From NCBI GenBank assembly GCA_965215505.1, contig OZ244065.1, positions 4,896,001 to 4,960,000 of the forward strand: 64,000 bases of DNA, written 5' to 3'. This DNA comes from Capsulimonadaceae bacterium. GTDB lineage: Bacteria > Armatimonadota > Armatimonadia > Armatimonadales > Capsulimonadaceae. The position numbers and the translations under genes are program-made. The notes beneath the pieces were generated by a model. That model made no database searches. It saw only the letters and a list, made by a program, of their open reading frames with translations, and was not told the DNA's origin. Below, piece by piece: positions 17,509 to 28,112 of the stretch (positions within the stretch are counted from its first letter, which is position 1; each line of letters starts with the position of its first letter).

Positions 17509-19515
17509 ATGAACGCTATTTCACGCCAGTTGATCCTAGCTGCCCATTCTGGGGACGTGAGGAAAGCAGAACTTCTGCTGAAACAAGTGGTCAACCCCAA
17601 CGAACAGGATGAGCAGCAGAGAACCGCTTTGCATTGGGCTGCTCTGCAAGGCCACATCACGGTCGTCAGGCTACTACTTCAAAATGGTGCTAATGCCTCT
17701 ATAGTAGCTAAAGATGGAAGGACTGCGCTCATGCTTGCAGAGCAAAAAAGTCACGCTGGCATAGCACACATCCTACGCAACACTAAATCTTCTGGACAGG
17801 CTGAACAACTGGCCGCGTATGGTGCAGAAAACAGCAAATCCAAAGAAACAATGAATAAGCATATCATAGAAGCCGCTGCCTCCAACAGCACTTCCAGGAT
17901 AGATTTGCTTGTGAAAGGTGGAGCTGATCCGAATGCGACTGATAAGAAAGGCTGTTCTGCGTTGATGTGTGCTGCCCAAAACGGTAACTTGGCCGCAGTA
18001 CGAACATTACTGACGCACAAAGCAGATATAGAACTCAAAGATAAAGAAGGAAAAACTGCCTTATTTCATGCCATCCTGAAGACGCAGAACACAGTAGTTG
18101 AATTTCTTCTGAATGAAGGTGCTGACGCGAACTGCCTCATTAGTGGCGGCCTTTCACCTCTTTGTTTTGCTTCTGCGCTGGGCAATGCAGAAGCCATTGG
18201 CTGCTTGATTGAGGCTGGCGCTGATCCCAACACTCCGGTTTCCGGCGGACTTACTGCTTCGCATTTTGCGGCGATATATGGCGAGATGGAAGCCTTGGAA
18301 GCCCTACTCGATAACTGGGCCTACCTTGATGCGATCGATGACGCTTGCGGGACGGTTCTGATGGCTGCGGCAGAAGCAGGAAAGAAAGACGTGGTCAAAT
18401 TCCTCACGGAAAAGATCGATAACATTGATGAACAAGACGTTGTCGGAAACACTGCACTAATCTATGCAGTACAAGGCGGGCACTTGGAAACAGTCATAGC
18501 ACTGCTAGATGCTGATGCAGATTTGACTCTGGAAAACGACGACGATAAAACGGCTCTAGACATAGCTACTGAAAAGGACTACATACGGATCAAGCAACTG
18601 TTGGAGACGGCTTCGATTAGGCATACTGGACACAGTCCGTATATCGCGCTGGGAAAGACGAGACAGGAACAAACTGAGTCGAAACGAGATAATCAACCGA
18701 CGAAAATAGATGGCTCGTTGAAGGAACTAACTGCATTAATCGGGCTAACTGAAGTCAAGGCGAGCGTTGAGCAACTAACCAACTTTTTGCGCGTTCAGCA
18801 GATGCGGAAAGCCAAGGGCTTGTCTGCCCCTCAGCAAAGTCTCCACATGGTCTTCACCGGCAATCCCGGTACGGGCAAGACCACTATTGCGCGGCTCATC
18901 GCCCAAATTTACAACAGCCTTGGCATCCTGAGCAAAGGGCAGTTCGTGGAAACCGACCGAGCCGGATTGGTCGGCGGCTACCTGGGACAAACGGCTATCA
19001 AGACACAAGAAGCCGTGGAAAGCGCCATCGGCGGCGTCCTGTTTATAGACGAAGCGTACAGCCTGACCGACAACACACACGGGCATGATCAGTACGGACA
19101 AGAAGCCGTTGCAACGCTCCTAAAGCTGATGGAGGACCACCGCGACGACCTTATCGTCATCGTCGCCGGGTACACCGAGCCGATGCAGAAGTTCATCCGC
19201 AGCAACCCCGGCCTCCAGTCCCGCTTCAACAAGTTCCTGCACTTCGACGACTACGCGCCCGCCGAGCTGACCGAGATCTTCCGGCACTTCGCCGTGTCGG
19301 GCGACTACACGCTGCACCCGGCGACGGAGCTGAAGCTGACCAACGTGTTCGCGGCTCACTACGCCCGGCGCGACGAGACGTTCGGCAACGCGCGGCTGGC
19401 GCGGAACCTGTTCGAGAAGGCCATCAACGCCCACGCGAACCGGATGGTTTCGGCGGGGGCGGTGGACGAGGCGAGTCTGGTCACGCTGTACCCGGAGGAC
19501 ATACCCAATGCCTAA
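17509..19515 (+). CDS. Ankyrin-repeat protein fused to a CbbX/SpoVK-type AAA+ ATPase
   Basis: Multiple ankyrin repeats (TALHWAA, TALMLA, SALMCAA, TALFHA, SPLCFAS, TALIYAV); HMVFTGNPGTGKTT, GGVLFIDEAY, NPGLQSRF and FGNARLARN motifs. Confidence 0.9.
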   Translation: MNAISRQLILAAHSGDVRKAELLLKQVVNPNEQDEQQRTALHWAALQGHITVVRLLLQNGANASIVAKDGRTALMLAEQKSHAGIAHILRNTKSSGQAEQLAAYGAENSKSKETMNKHIIEAAASNSTSRIDLLVKGGADPNATDKKGCSALMCAAQNGNLAAVRTLLTHKADIELKDKEGKTALFHAILKTQNTVVEFLLNEGADANCLISGGLSPLCFASALGNAEAIGCLIEAGADPNTPVSGGLTASHFAAIYGEMEALEALLDNWAYLDAIDDACGTVLMAAAEAGKKDVVKFLTEKIDNIDEQDVVGNTALIYAVQGGHLETVIALLDADADLTLENDDDKTALDIATEKDYIRIKQLLETASIRHTGHSPYIALGKTRQEQTESKRDNQPTKIDGSLKELTALIGLTEVKASVEQLTNFLRVQQMRKAKGLSAPQQSLHMVFTGNPGTGKTTIARLIAQIYNSLGILSKGQFVETDRAGLVGGYLGQTAIKTQEAVESAIGGVLFIDEAYSLTDNTHGHDQYGQEAVATLLKLMEDHRDDLIVIVAGYTEPMQKFIRSNPGLQSRFNKFLHFDDYAPAELTEIFRHFAVSGDYTLHPATELKLTNVFAAHYARRDETFGNARLARNLFEKAINAHANRMVSAGAVDEASLVTLYPEDIPNA

Positions 19516-19726
19516 CGCCCAAGACGTGTATACTGCCAATGTCCGCCCGCTGCCGCCTGCCGAGCGGCTGCGTGTGGCGGCACTCATCCTGGACGAACTG
19601 ACCCGTCCGGTGGCGGTGACGGTGGAGGAGAGTAGCGAGTGGAGCGAGGAAGACATCCGCGACCTGACGGCCTTCTCATTGCAGTACGCGGCCACCCTCT
19701 ACCCCGAGGAGGAGGAATATGTTTGA
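19508..19726 (+). CDS. Putative antitoxin
   Basis: 72-aa acidic protein (LPPAERLRVA...WSEEDIRDL) overlapping both the AAA stop and the toxin start. Confidence 0.65.
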   Translation: MPNAQDVYTANVRPLPPAERLRVAALILDELTRPVAVTVEESSEWSEEDIRDLTAFSLQYAATLYPEEEEYV

Positions 19727-20054
19727 ACCGGGCGATATCGTCACGATTGACTTTCCCGGTGTCGCCGGTGTGAAACGCCGGCCGGCGGTTGTTCTTTCCT
19801 CGAAGACCTACCACCAGAACCGGCCGGACCTCATCGTCGGGCTGATTACCAGCCAGATAGCAGCGGCGATAGGGCCTACGGATTACCTCCTGCTGGATTG
19901 GTCGGCGGCTGGCCTCCGTGTGCCTTCCGCTTTTCGCTCTTTTCTTACGACATTGCCACCCGCTGCACGGCCAGTCAAGATCGGGGAGTTATCCCAAAGA
20001 GACTGGGCTTCAATCCGCTTGCGCGTCAAGATGGCACTGATAGATTTGAGCTGA
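19719..20054 (+). CDS. PemK/MazF-family endoribonuclease toxin
   Basis: GDIVTIDFP...KRRPAVVLS...LIVGLITS and AGLRVPS motifs; GGAGGA RBS. Confidence 0.85.
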   Translation: MFEPGDIVTIDFPGVAGVKRRPAVVLSSKTYHQNRPDLIVGLITSQIAAAIGPTDYLLLDWSAAGLRVPSAFRSFLTTLPPAARPVKIGELSQRDWASIRLRVKMALIDLS

Positions 20055-20147
20055 CGCTATACCTGGAGGACATCTCGAATACCTGACGCCCGGAAAGCCC
20101 GGCCTGAGAGGGCAGGTGGGACGGAAAGGCCAGGGGCAGAGGGAAGG

Positions 20148-20246
20148 AGGGCGAACACAAGGTTCGCCCCTAGGGGGCAGGAGAGGAGGGCGCGATGAAT
20201 CGCGCCCCTACGGGATGGGACGTAGGGGCGCTGCTTGCCGCGCCCT
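20148..20246. repeat. Cluster of three GTAG-type REP-like palindromes
   Basis: 20148-20173 (reverse complement CTAGGGGCGAACCTTGTGTTCGCCCT), 20187-20211 (reverse complement GTAGGGGCGCGATTCATCGCGCCCT), 20222-20246 (GTAGGGGCGCTGCTTGCCGCGCCCT). Confidence 0.8.
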
Positions 20247-20282
20247 CTTGATGTCGGCCTTTCTTCTGTTGTCCGCCCCAAG

Positions 20283-21140
20283 TTACGCCGCCAGCCGAAA
20301 TAGGGGCTGGTCGGCGGCGGCCTGGATGCGGACGGCCTCATGTTCGGCTTCCGAGAGCGGGGTGAAGCCGTCGGCGATGTCCAGGGCCAGGCGGAACAGG
20401 CGGATGTCGCCGGGCGGGAGGGCCGCCGTGATCGGCAGGGACAGGGTGTAGCGCAGGGCCGCTGTCGCCTCCGCCCGGTCGGCCAGCGGCTCATACCAGG
20501 CCTTCGGGTACTCGCTCTTGTGCGGGTCGCCGTCGCGCCACGGGCCGCGCGCCATGCCCTTCAGGGCCAGCCGGGCCACCCCCTTCGCCTGGGCCGCTTC
20601 CATCACCTGCGGGCCGAAGCCGGCGTTCTCGTAGGTGACGTAGTTGAACGGGAACAGCAGGCTGTCGAAATCAAACTGGTCCATGGCGGCCAGCGCGGCG
20701 TGGACGGAATGGGCGCTGAAGCCCAGATGTTTTACTTTGCCCTGCTCGCGCGCCTTGAGGAACGTCTCCATCGCGCCGCCCATCCCGAAGGCTTGTTGCA
20801 CGTCCTCATCGGACGTGATGGCATGGAGCTGGTACAGGTCGAAGTGGTCGGTCTGCATCAGGCGCAGCGAGTTTTCCAGTTCCTCCCGCGCCCCCTGAGC
20901 GTCGCGGCGGCCCGTCTTGCAGGCCAGGAACACGTCGTCCCGGTACGGCTTCAGGGCCGGGCCGAGCCGCTCCTCCGCGTTGCCGTAGGAGGGGGCCACG
21001 TCGAAGTAGTTGATGCCCCAGTCTATCGCCTCGCCGACGTACTGGTCGGCCTCAGGCGGGGAAACGTCCATGACGATGATGCCGCCGAAGCCGAGGACGC
21101 TCAGGTCCCGGCCGGTCTTGCCGTAGGGTCGCTTTTCCAT
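20283..21140 (-). CDS. Aldo/keto reductase
   Basis: GINYFDVAPSYG, FLACKT, SLRLMQTDHFDLYQLH and GKVKHLGFSAH motifs. Confidence 0.9.
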   Translation of the reverse strand: MEKRPYGKTGRDLSVLGFGGIIVMDVSPPEADQYVGEAIDWGINYFDVAPSYGNAEERLGPALKPYRDDVFLACKTGRRDAQGAREELENSLRLMQTDHFDLYQLHAITSDEDVQQAFGMGGAMETFLKAREQGKVKHLGFSAHSVHAALAAMDQFDFDSLLFPFNYVTYENAGFGPQVMEAAQAKGVARLALKGMARGPWRDGDPHKSEYPKAWYEPLADRAEATAALRYTLSLPITAALPPGDIRLFRLALDIADGFTPLSEAEHEAVRIQAAADQPLFRLAA

Positions 21141-21318
21141 GGTTACCTCTTGGTGAAATGATTCGCGGAAGGCTGATGATTCGCGGAAGATTGCTGCCGC
21201 GCATTATACCCGGTGGGCGGGGTTTCGTCATCGCCTCACAACAGCCCCCACCTACGGTATAATAAAGACATACTGTGACACGAACTCATCCCAGCGCGGG
21301 GCTTCAGGAGACGGCGGC

Positions 21319-22335
21319 ATGACAACATTCAAGGCACTACTCGTCGGCGCGGGCGGCATGGGGCGGGCCTGGGGGAACAACCTCAAGAGCCACCCGGACG
21401 TCGAGGTCGCCGGGTGGGTGGACATCCGGCCCGGCGCGGCCCAAGAGGCGGCGGACAAACTGGAGCTTTCCGCCCTGCACGCCGGAGACGATCTGGGGAA
21501 GGCGCTGGCCGAAGTGAGGCCGGACTTCGTCGTAGACGTGACGATCCCAGAGGCGCACCGGGACGTGACGCTCCAGGCCCTGGCGGCGGGTGTGCCCATG
21601 CTTGGCGAGAAGCCGATGGCCGACAGCATGGAGCGCGCCCGTGAGATGGTGGCCGCCTCGGAAAAGAGCGGCAAGCTCTACATGGTCAGCCAGAGCCGAC
21701 GCTATGACGCCCGCATCCAGGCCTACCGGGCGCTCATCCAGGAGCAGGCCGGGTCGCTGGGCATCTTGAACTCCGACTTCTACATCGGCGCGCACTTCGG
21801 CGGCTTCCGGGACGAGATGGCGAGCGTCCTGCTGCTGGACATGGCGATCCACACTCTGGACCAGGCCCGCTACCTGTCCGGGGCAGACCCCGTTTCGGTC
21901 TACTGCGAGGAGTTCAACCCCGGCTGGAGCTGGTACAAAGGGGACGCCAGCGCGAACGCCCTGTTCGAGATGACCGGCGGCCTGCGCTACACCTACCGCG
22001 GCTCGTGGTGCAGCGAGGGCAAGAACACATCTTGGGAAGGGGAATGGCGCGCGGTCGGCTCCAAGGGAACGGCGGTCTGGGATGGTGCCGGGGTACTTTC
22101 GGCAGACGTCGTGACCAAGCCGGGCGGGTTCTTCAGCGAGACGGAGCCGCGCTCGGTCGAGGTGTCGGGTGACGTCCCCGGCGGCATCGCCGGGTCGCTC
22201 CGGGACTTCTTGAATGCGCTCCAGACCGGCGCGACGCCGATGGGTGAGTGCCACGACAACATCAAGAGCCTCGCCATGGTGTTCGCCGCCATCGAGTCCT
22301 CGGCGTCCGGCCGGCGCGTCCCGGTGCGGGCGTGA
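21319..22335 (+). CDS. Gfo/Idh/MocA-family oxidoreductase
   Basis: VGAGGMG, GEKPMA and LLDMAIHTLD motifs. Confidence 0.9.
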   Translation: MTTFKALLVGAGGMGRAWGNNLKSHPDVEVAGWVDIRPGAAQEAADKLELSALHAGDDLGKALAEVRPDFVVDVTIPEAHRDVTLQALAAGVPMLGEKPMADSMERAREMVAASEKSGKLYMVSQSRRYDARIQAYRALIQEQAGSLGILNSDFYIGAHFGGFRDEMASVLLLDMAIHTLDQARYLSGADPVSVYCEEFNPGWSWYKGDASANALFEMTGGLRYTYRGSWCSEGKNTSWEGEWRAVGSKGTAVWDGAGVLSADVVTKPGGFFSETEPRSVEVSGDVPGGIAGSLRDFLNALQTGATPMGECHDNIKSLAMVFAAIESSASGRRVPVRA

Positions 22336-23633
22336 GCGGCCTCTTCCTGTCACCCTACTGGCTCCTGCTGCTGACCCTGTTCCTGCCGCTGCCCTTCGGC
22401 ACGGACCGGCGCGGACGGCGCGTGCCCTGGGTGACATACACCCTTATCGGCCTCAACGCCGCCGCGTTCGCCTTGACGGGACCGCAGGACTTCAATCGGT
22501 GGGGGCTGGTGCCGAGCGCGCCGCACTTCGCCGCCCTCCTGACCGGGCTGTTCCTGCACGTCAGCTTCGCACACCTGTTCTGGAACATGGTCTTCCTGTG
22601 GCTCTTCGGGCCGCACGTCGAGGAGGCCCTGGGGCGGGAGGCGTACCTGGCCCTCTACCTCGGCGGCGGCATCGCGGCCGGCCTGCTGCACATGGCGATC
22701 ATCCTGCTGCGCGGCGAGATCGTCTCGGTCCCCCTGGTCGGAGCCTCCGGGGCGATCTCCGCTATCCTCGCCCCCTTCGCGATCCGCTTTCACCGGGCGA
22801 ACATCCGCCTGGCTTGGCTCCCCGCCATGCTCTTCTTCCCCGCCTGGGGCCAGCTCGAAGTGCCCGCCGTGGCCGGCCTGGGGCTGTGGCTCTTGCAGAA
22901 CATCGGGGGCGGGATCTCCTTCCTGCTCCACCCCGTGCCCGGCGGGACCGCCTACTGGGCGCACATCGGCGGGTTCGTGTTCGGCCTGGTCGCCGCCGAA
23001 CTCACCGGCCTACTGCGCGACGGCCGGCAGGACTACCTGCTGCAAGACGCCCGCTCGGCGGCGGCGCGGGGCAAAGAGGCGCTGGACCTCGCGCTGCAAA
23101 AATACCGGTCGTTCCTGGACCGCGACCCGGATAACGCCCCGGTGCGGGCGGAACTGGCCCGCCTCTTGGCCGCCCATCCCGGCGCGGACGCCCGCGAGAC
23201 GGAGGAGGCGCGGCGGGAGGCCGGGCGGGAGATGCTGGGTGCCGTCCGCGCCTTCCTCAAGGGGGGCAAGCCGGGCGAGGCCGCCCGCTGTGCCGGCGAG
23301 GCGCGCGCGCTGAGGCTCCGGCTCGCCCTCTCCCCGCGCGAGCGGCTGCGGCTGGCGGGAGCATCGGAGGCGGTGGGCGATCTAGCGACGGCGGTCGCGC
23401 TGCTGCGCGCGCTGGCCGAGGAGACGCCGGAAGCGCCCGAGGACGAAATGGCGCGGCTCAAGCTGGGCCAGATGCTTCTGGGGCCGGACCCGTCCGAAGC
23501 GAAGGGGTGGCTGTCGAGTCTTTTGGAAAAGTACCCGCAGAGTGAGTGGGCGCGGCGGGCGCGGGAGATGCTGGCGGAGGCAAACAGATGTTTGATCCTC
23601 GGCCCGTCTGGAAACAATCCTGCTGTTGACTAA
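22332..23633 (+). CDS. Rhomboid intramembrane serine protease with a C-terminal TPR-like domain
   Basis: FLHVSFAHLFWNM, VGASGAIS and AYWAHIGG motifs; GTGA overlap with the upstream stop. Confidence 0.85.
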   Translation: MSGLFLSPYWLLLLTLFLPLPFGTDRRGRRVPWVTYTLIGLNAAAFALTGPQDFNRWGLVPSAPHFAALLTGLFLHVSFAHLFWNMVFLWLFGPHVEEALGREAYLALYLGGGIAAGLLHMAIILLRGEIVSVPLVGASGAISAILAPFAIRFHRANIRLAWLPAMLFFPAWGQLEVPAVAGLGLWLLQNIGGGISFLLHPVPGGTAYWAHIGGFVFGLVAAELTGLLRDGRQDYLLQDARSAAARGKEALDLALQKYRSFLDRDPDNAPVRAELARLLAAHPGADARETEEARREAGREMLGAVRAFLKGGKPGEAARCAGEARALRLRLALSPRERLRLAGASEAVGDLATAVALLRALAEETPEAPEDEMARLKLGQMLLGPDPSEAKGWLSSLLEKYPQSEWARRAREMLAEANRCLILGPSGNNPAVD

Positions 23634-23655
23634 CCCAGACAGGAGAACATTTCCG

Positions 23656-24045
23656 ATGGCCGTGGAAGATCTAAAGAAGAACGCGATGATGGCACATCTG
23701 CTGGACGCGCTGGACCATAAAAAGGACATCGGCCACTATGGCCGGCTCGTCTTCACGATGGTGGCCCGCCACTTCATGAGTGAAGACGAAGTGGTAGCGG
23801 AACTCGCCAAGGACAAGGACTTCAGCGAGGAGCAGGCCCGGTCGCTCTACCTCCAGGTCCAGTCCAAGGACTACAACCCGCCCAAGCGGGAGAAGATCTT
23901 GCAGTACCAGCAGGAGCAGGAATTCCCGATCATCCCCAACCCGGACGACCCGGACCAGGGCAACGTGTACCGGGACCTGAACTTCCCGGACCACGTCTAC
24001 CAGCACATCTCCGAGTATTACGAACACAAGGCGGAAGCGGCCTAG
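23656..24045 (+). CDS. Hypothetical protein resembling the C-terminal domain of the primase large subunit
   Basis: AGGAG RBS; strong codon bias; GHYGR...DFSEE...YNPP.REKI pattern (family link is my inference). Confidence 0.75.
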   Translation: MAVEDLKKNAMMAHLLDALDHKKDIGHYGRLVFTMVARHFMSEDEVVAELAKDKDFSEEQARSLYLQVQSKDYNPPKREKILQYQQEQEFPIIPNPDDPDQGNVYRDLNFPDHVYQHISEYYEHKAEAA

Positions 24046-24092
24046 CGCCCGGCACGGGGGGCGCATCCGCGCCCCCCTGCTCCCGCCTCCTG

Positions 24093-26107
<2,015 letters not shown>

Positions 26108-26298
26108 TAAAGTGACCTTTCGTGTTCTGGGAGGTCTGGGAGGCGGGTAGGCTTCCCCTTCCTGCCTACCCGCCCGGCCCCCCGTTGCCGGCTTTGATTG
26201 CATTCTGGCAGATATTGCGGTATCATTCAGGACGACACCGCGCCGGGCACTGCCGTCATTTCGGGTGTCGGCGACCGAGTCTGCACACGACACCATCC

Positions 26299-26314
26299 TG
26301 CAAATTCTATGCCA
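26299..26314 (-). promoter_or_regulatory. Sigma54 promoter for gmd-fcl
   Basis: TGGCATAGAATTTGCA on the minus strand. Confidence 0.75.
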
Positions 26315-26422
26315 ACCTTTTTTCTTCGTCCGGCCCCAGGGACATCATCAGCGGCTTCCTCCCGAAACTTCCGCACCGGAAACGCCGCCTTTTTCGCCCC
26401 TCTTCCGGCCAAACAGGCGTTT

Positions 26423-26438
26423 TGGCATGATTCTTGAT
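26423..26438 (+). promoter_or_regulatory. Sigma54-like promoter (variant -12)
   Basis: TGGCATGATTCTTGAT. Confidence 0.55.
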
Positions 26439-26631
26439 AGTTCAATCCGTAGTTCAACTGTGGGCCGCCGATCTCCTGCACCGATTCCCTGTGGCTTCGG
26501 CGCGGCCCGCCTCGTCATCAACAGCAGCAACAGCACTCGTGTCCGAAGCGCGGGCTGCCGATAATCTAAGGGAAACAGGCCGCCAGGCCTCATCGCTCCC
26601 TCTCTCACGGAAGGTCAAAGAGCCATTCGCC

Positions 26632-27954
26632 ATGCGTATCTGTATCGTCAACGAGTTCTTCTACCCGGACAGCACGGGCGGCACGGGGACAGTACTGTCC
26701 GAATTGGTTCACTCCCTCCGCGAGACCTACCGCGACGTCGAGATAGACGTCGTGACCAGCAAAAACCTTTACCGCGACGCGGGTGCCCGGCTTGCGGCCT
26801 ATGAGGACTGGGACGGCGTCAGCATCCACCGTCTGGCGACGCCCCGCCCGAACGGGCTGCCGACGCCGCTGCGGCTCGGGGCCAACCTGCTCTTCTGCCT
26901 CCTCGCGCTGGGCAAGCTCGCCGGGCTGGGGCGGTACGACCTCCTCCTGGTCGGGACCGCCCCGCCCATGGTCGCCATGAGCGCCCAGGCGCTGGGCTGG
27001 CTGAAGGGCACCCCCTACGTCTACGTCGTCTACGACCTGGAGCCGGACCGGTCCGTGACCATGAAGATGATGACGTCCGGCCACCCGCTCGTGCGCCTGT
27101 TCCGCGCCAGCCAGAGGCGCTGGCTGCACTCCGCCGGCAAGGTCGTCGTCCTGGGCCGGTGCATGCGCGAGTATCTCGGCCGAGCCTACGACCTGCCCGA
27201 ACACAAGGTCGAGGTCATCCCAATCGGCTCCGACCCGAGCGAGATCGTCCCCGCCTCCCGCGACACCCGGTTCCGCGCGCTGCACGGCATCCACGGGTTC
27301 GTCGTGCTGTATTCCGGCAACTTCGGCCGCTATCACGACTTCGACACCGTCCTGGACGCCGCCAAGGCGCTGACGGTCGAGGACGCAGCGCCCGTGAAGG
27401 ACATCCAGTTCGTCCTGGTGGGCAGCGGCGCCCAGAAGGCGCACATCGCGCGGCGAATCGCCGCCGAAAAAATCGGCAACGTTCGCCTCTTCGATTTCGT
27501 ATCCAAGGAGGATTACGCCGACCTCATGGCCTCGGCGGACGTCTCGCTGGTGACACTCGAGCCGGGCATGGAGGGGCTGTGCGTCCCCAGCAAGTTCTAC
27601 AGCATCCTGGCTTCCGGCCGGCCCGTCATCGCCGCCGTCTCGCCCCGCTCCGAGGTCGCGCTCGTCATTGATGAGGCGCGGTGCGGCGTCCATCTGCTCC
27701 AGGGCGACTCGGCCCGGCTCGTGGACGTCCTGACGCACCTGGCTTCAAACCCAGCCGAGGTGGGGAGCATGGGCCGCAATGCGCGGCGCGTGCTGGAAGA
27801 AAAATATTCCACACAGGGCCTCGCGCGGCAGTACCATGACACCTTCCGGCAGGTGGCCGGGTCCCGAAAGAAGCGCCAGCAGCCGTTCCGTAGCCTTCTC
27901 ACCCGCCGGGGGCGGCTGGAAGGGGCAGCCGCGCCGGATACGGACCCTTTCTAG
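26632..27954 (+). CDS. GT4 glycosyltransferase (WcaI/WbuB-like)
   Basis: NEFFYPD, VYDLEPD, YSGNFG and VPSKFYSILASGRP motifs. Confidence 0.88.
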   Translation: MRICIVNEFFYPDSTGGTGTVLSELVHSLRETYRDVEIDVVTSKNLYRDAGARLAAYEDWDGVSIHRLATPRPNGLPTPLRLGANLLFCLLALGKLAGLGRYDLLLVGTAPPMVAMSAQALGWLKGTPYVYVVYDLEPDRSVTMKMMTSGHPLVRLFRASQRRWLHSAGKVVVLGRCMREYLGRAYDLPEHKVEVIPIGSDPSEIVPASRDTRFRALHGIHGFVVLYSGNFGRYHDFDTVLDAAKALTVEDAAPVKDIQFVLVGSGAQKAHIARRIAAEKIGNVRLFDFVSKEDYADLMASADVSLVTLEPGMEGLCVPSKFYSILASGRPVIAAVSPRSEVALVIDEARCGVHLLQGDSARLVDVLTHLASNPAEVGSMGRNARRVLEEKYSTQGLARQYHDTFRQVAGSRKKRQQPFRSLLTRRGRLEGAAAPDTDPF

Positions 27955-28015
27955 ACCCGCGCAAGGATGAGATCCCGAAACTCTGACACACCATTTCCTC
28001 GGGTTTCCGGCCAGT

Positions 28016-28031
28016 TGGCATGGTTTGTGCA
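28016..28031 (+). promoter_or_regulatory. Sigma54 promoter for the wzc-wza-exosortase operon
   Basis: TGGCATGGTTTGTGCA. Confidence 0.7.
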
Positions 28032-28112
28032 TTAGCAAGTAGGAAAGAGTAGACCGTCGCTCAGGCGATTGTTCCGACGACTGTTCAAGCGACCGCTGGG
28101 AATCAAAAATCT

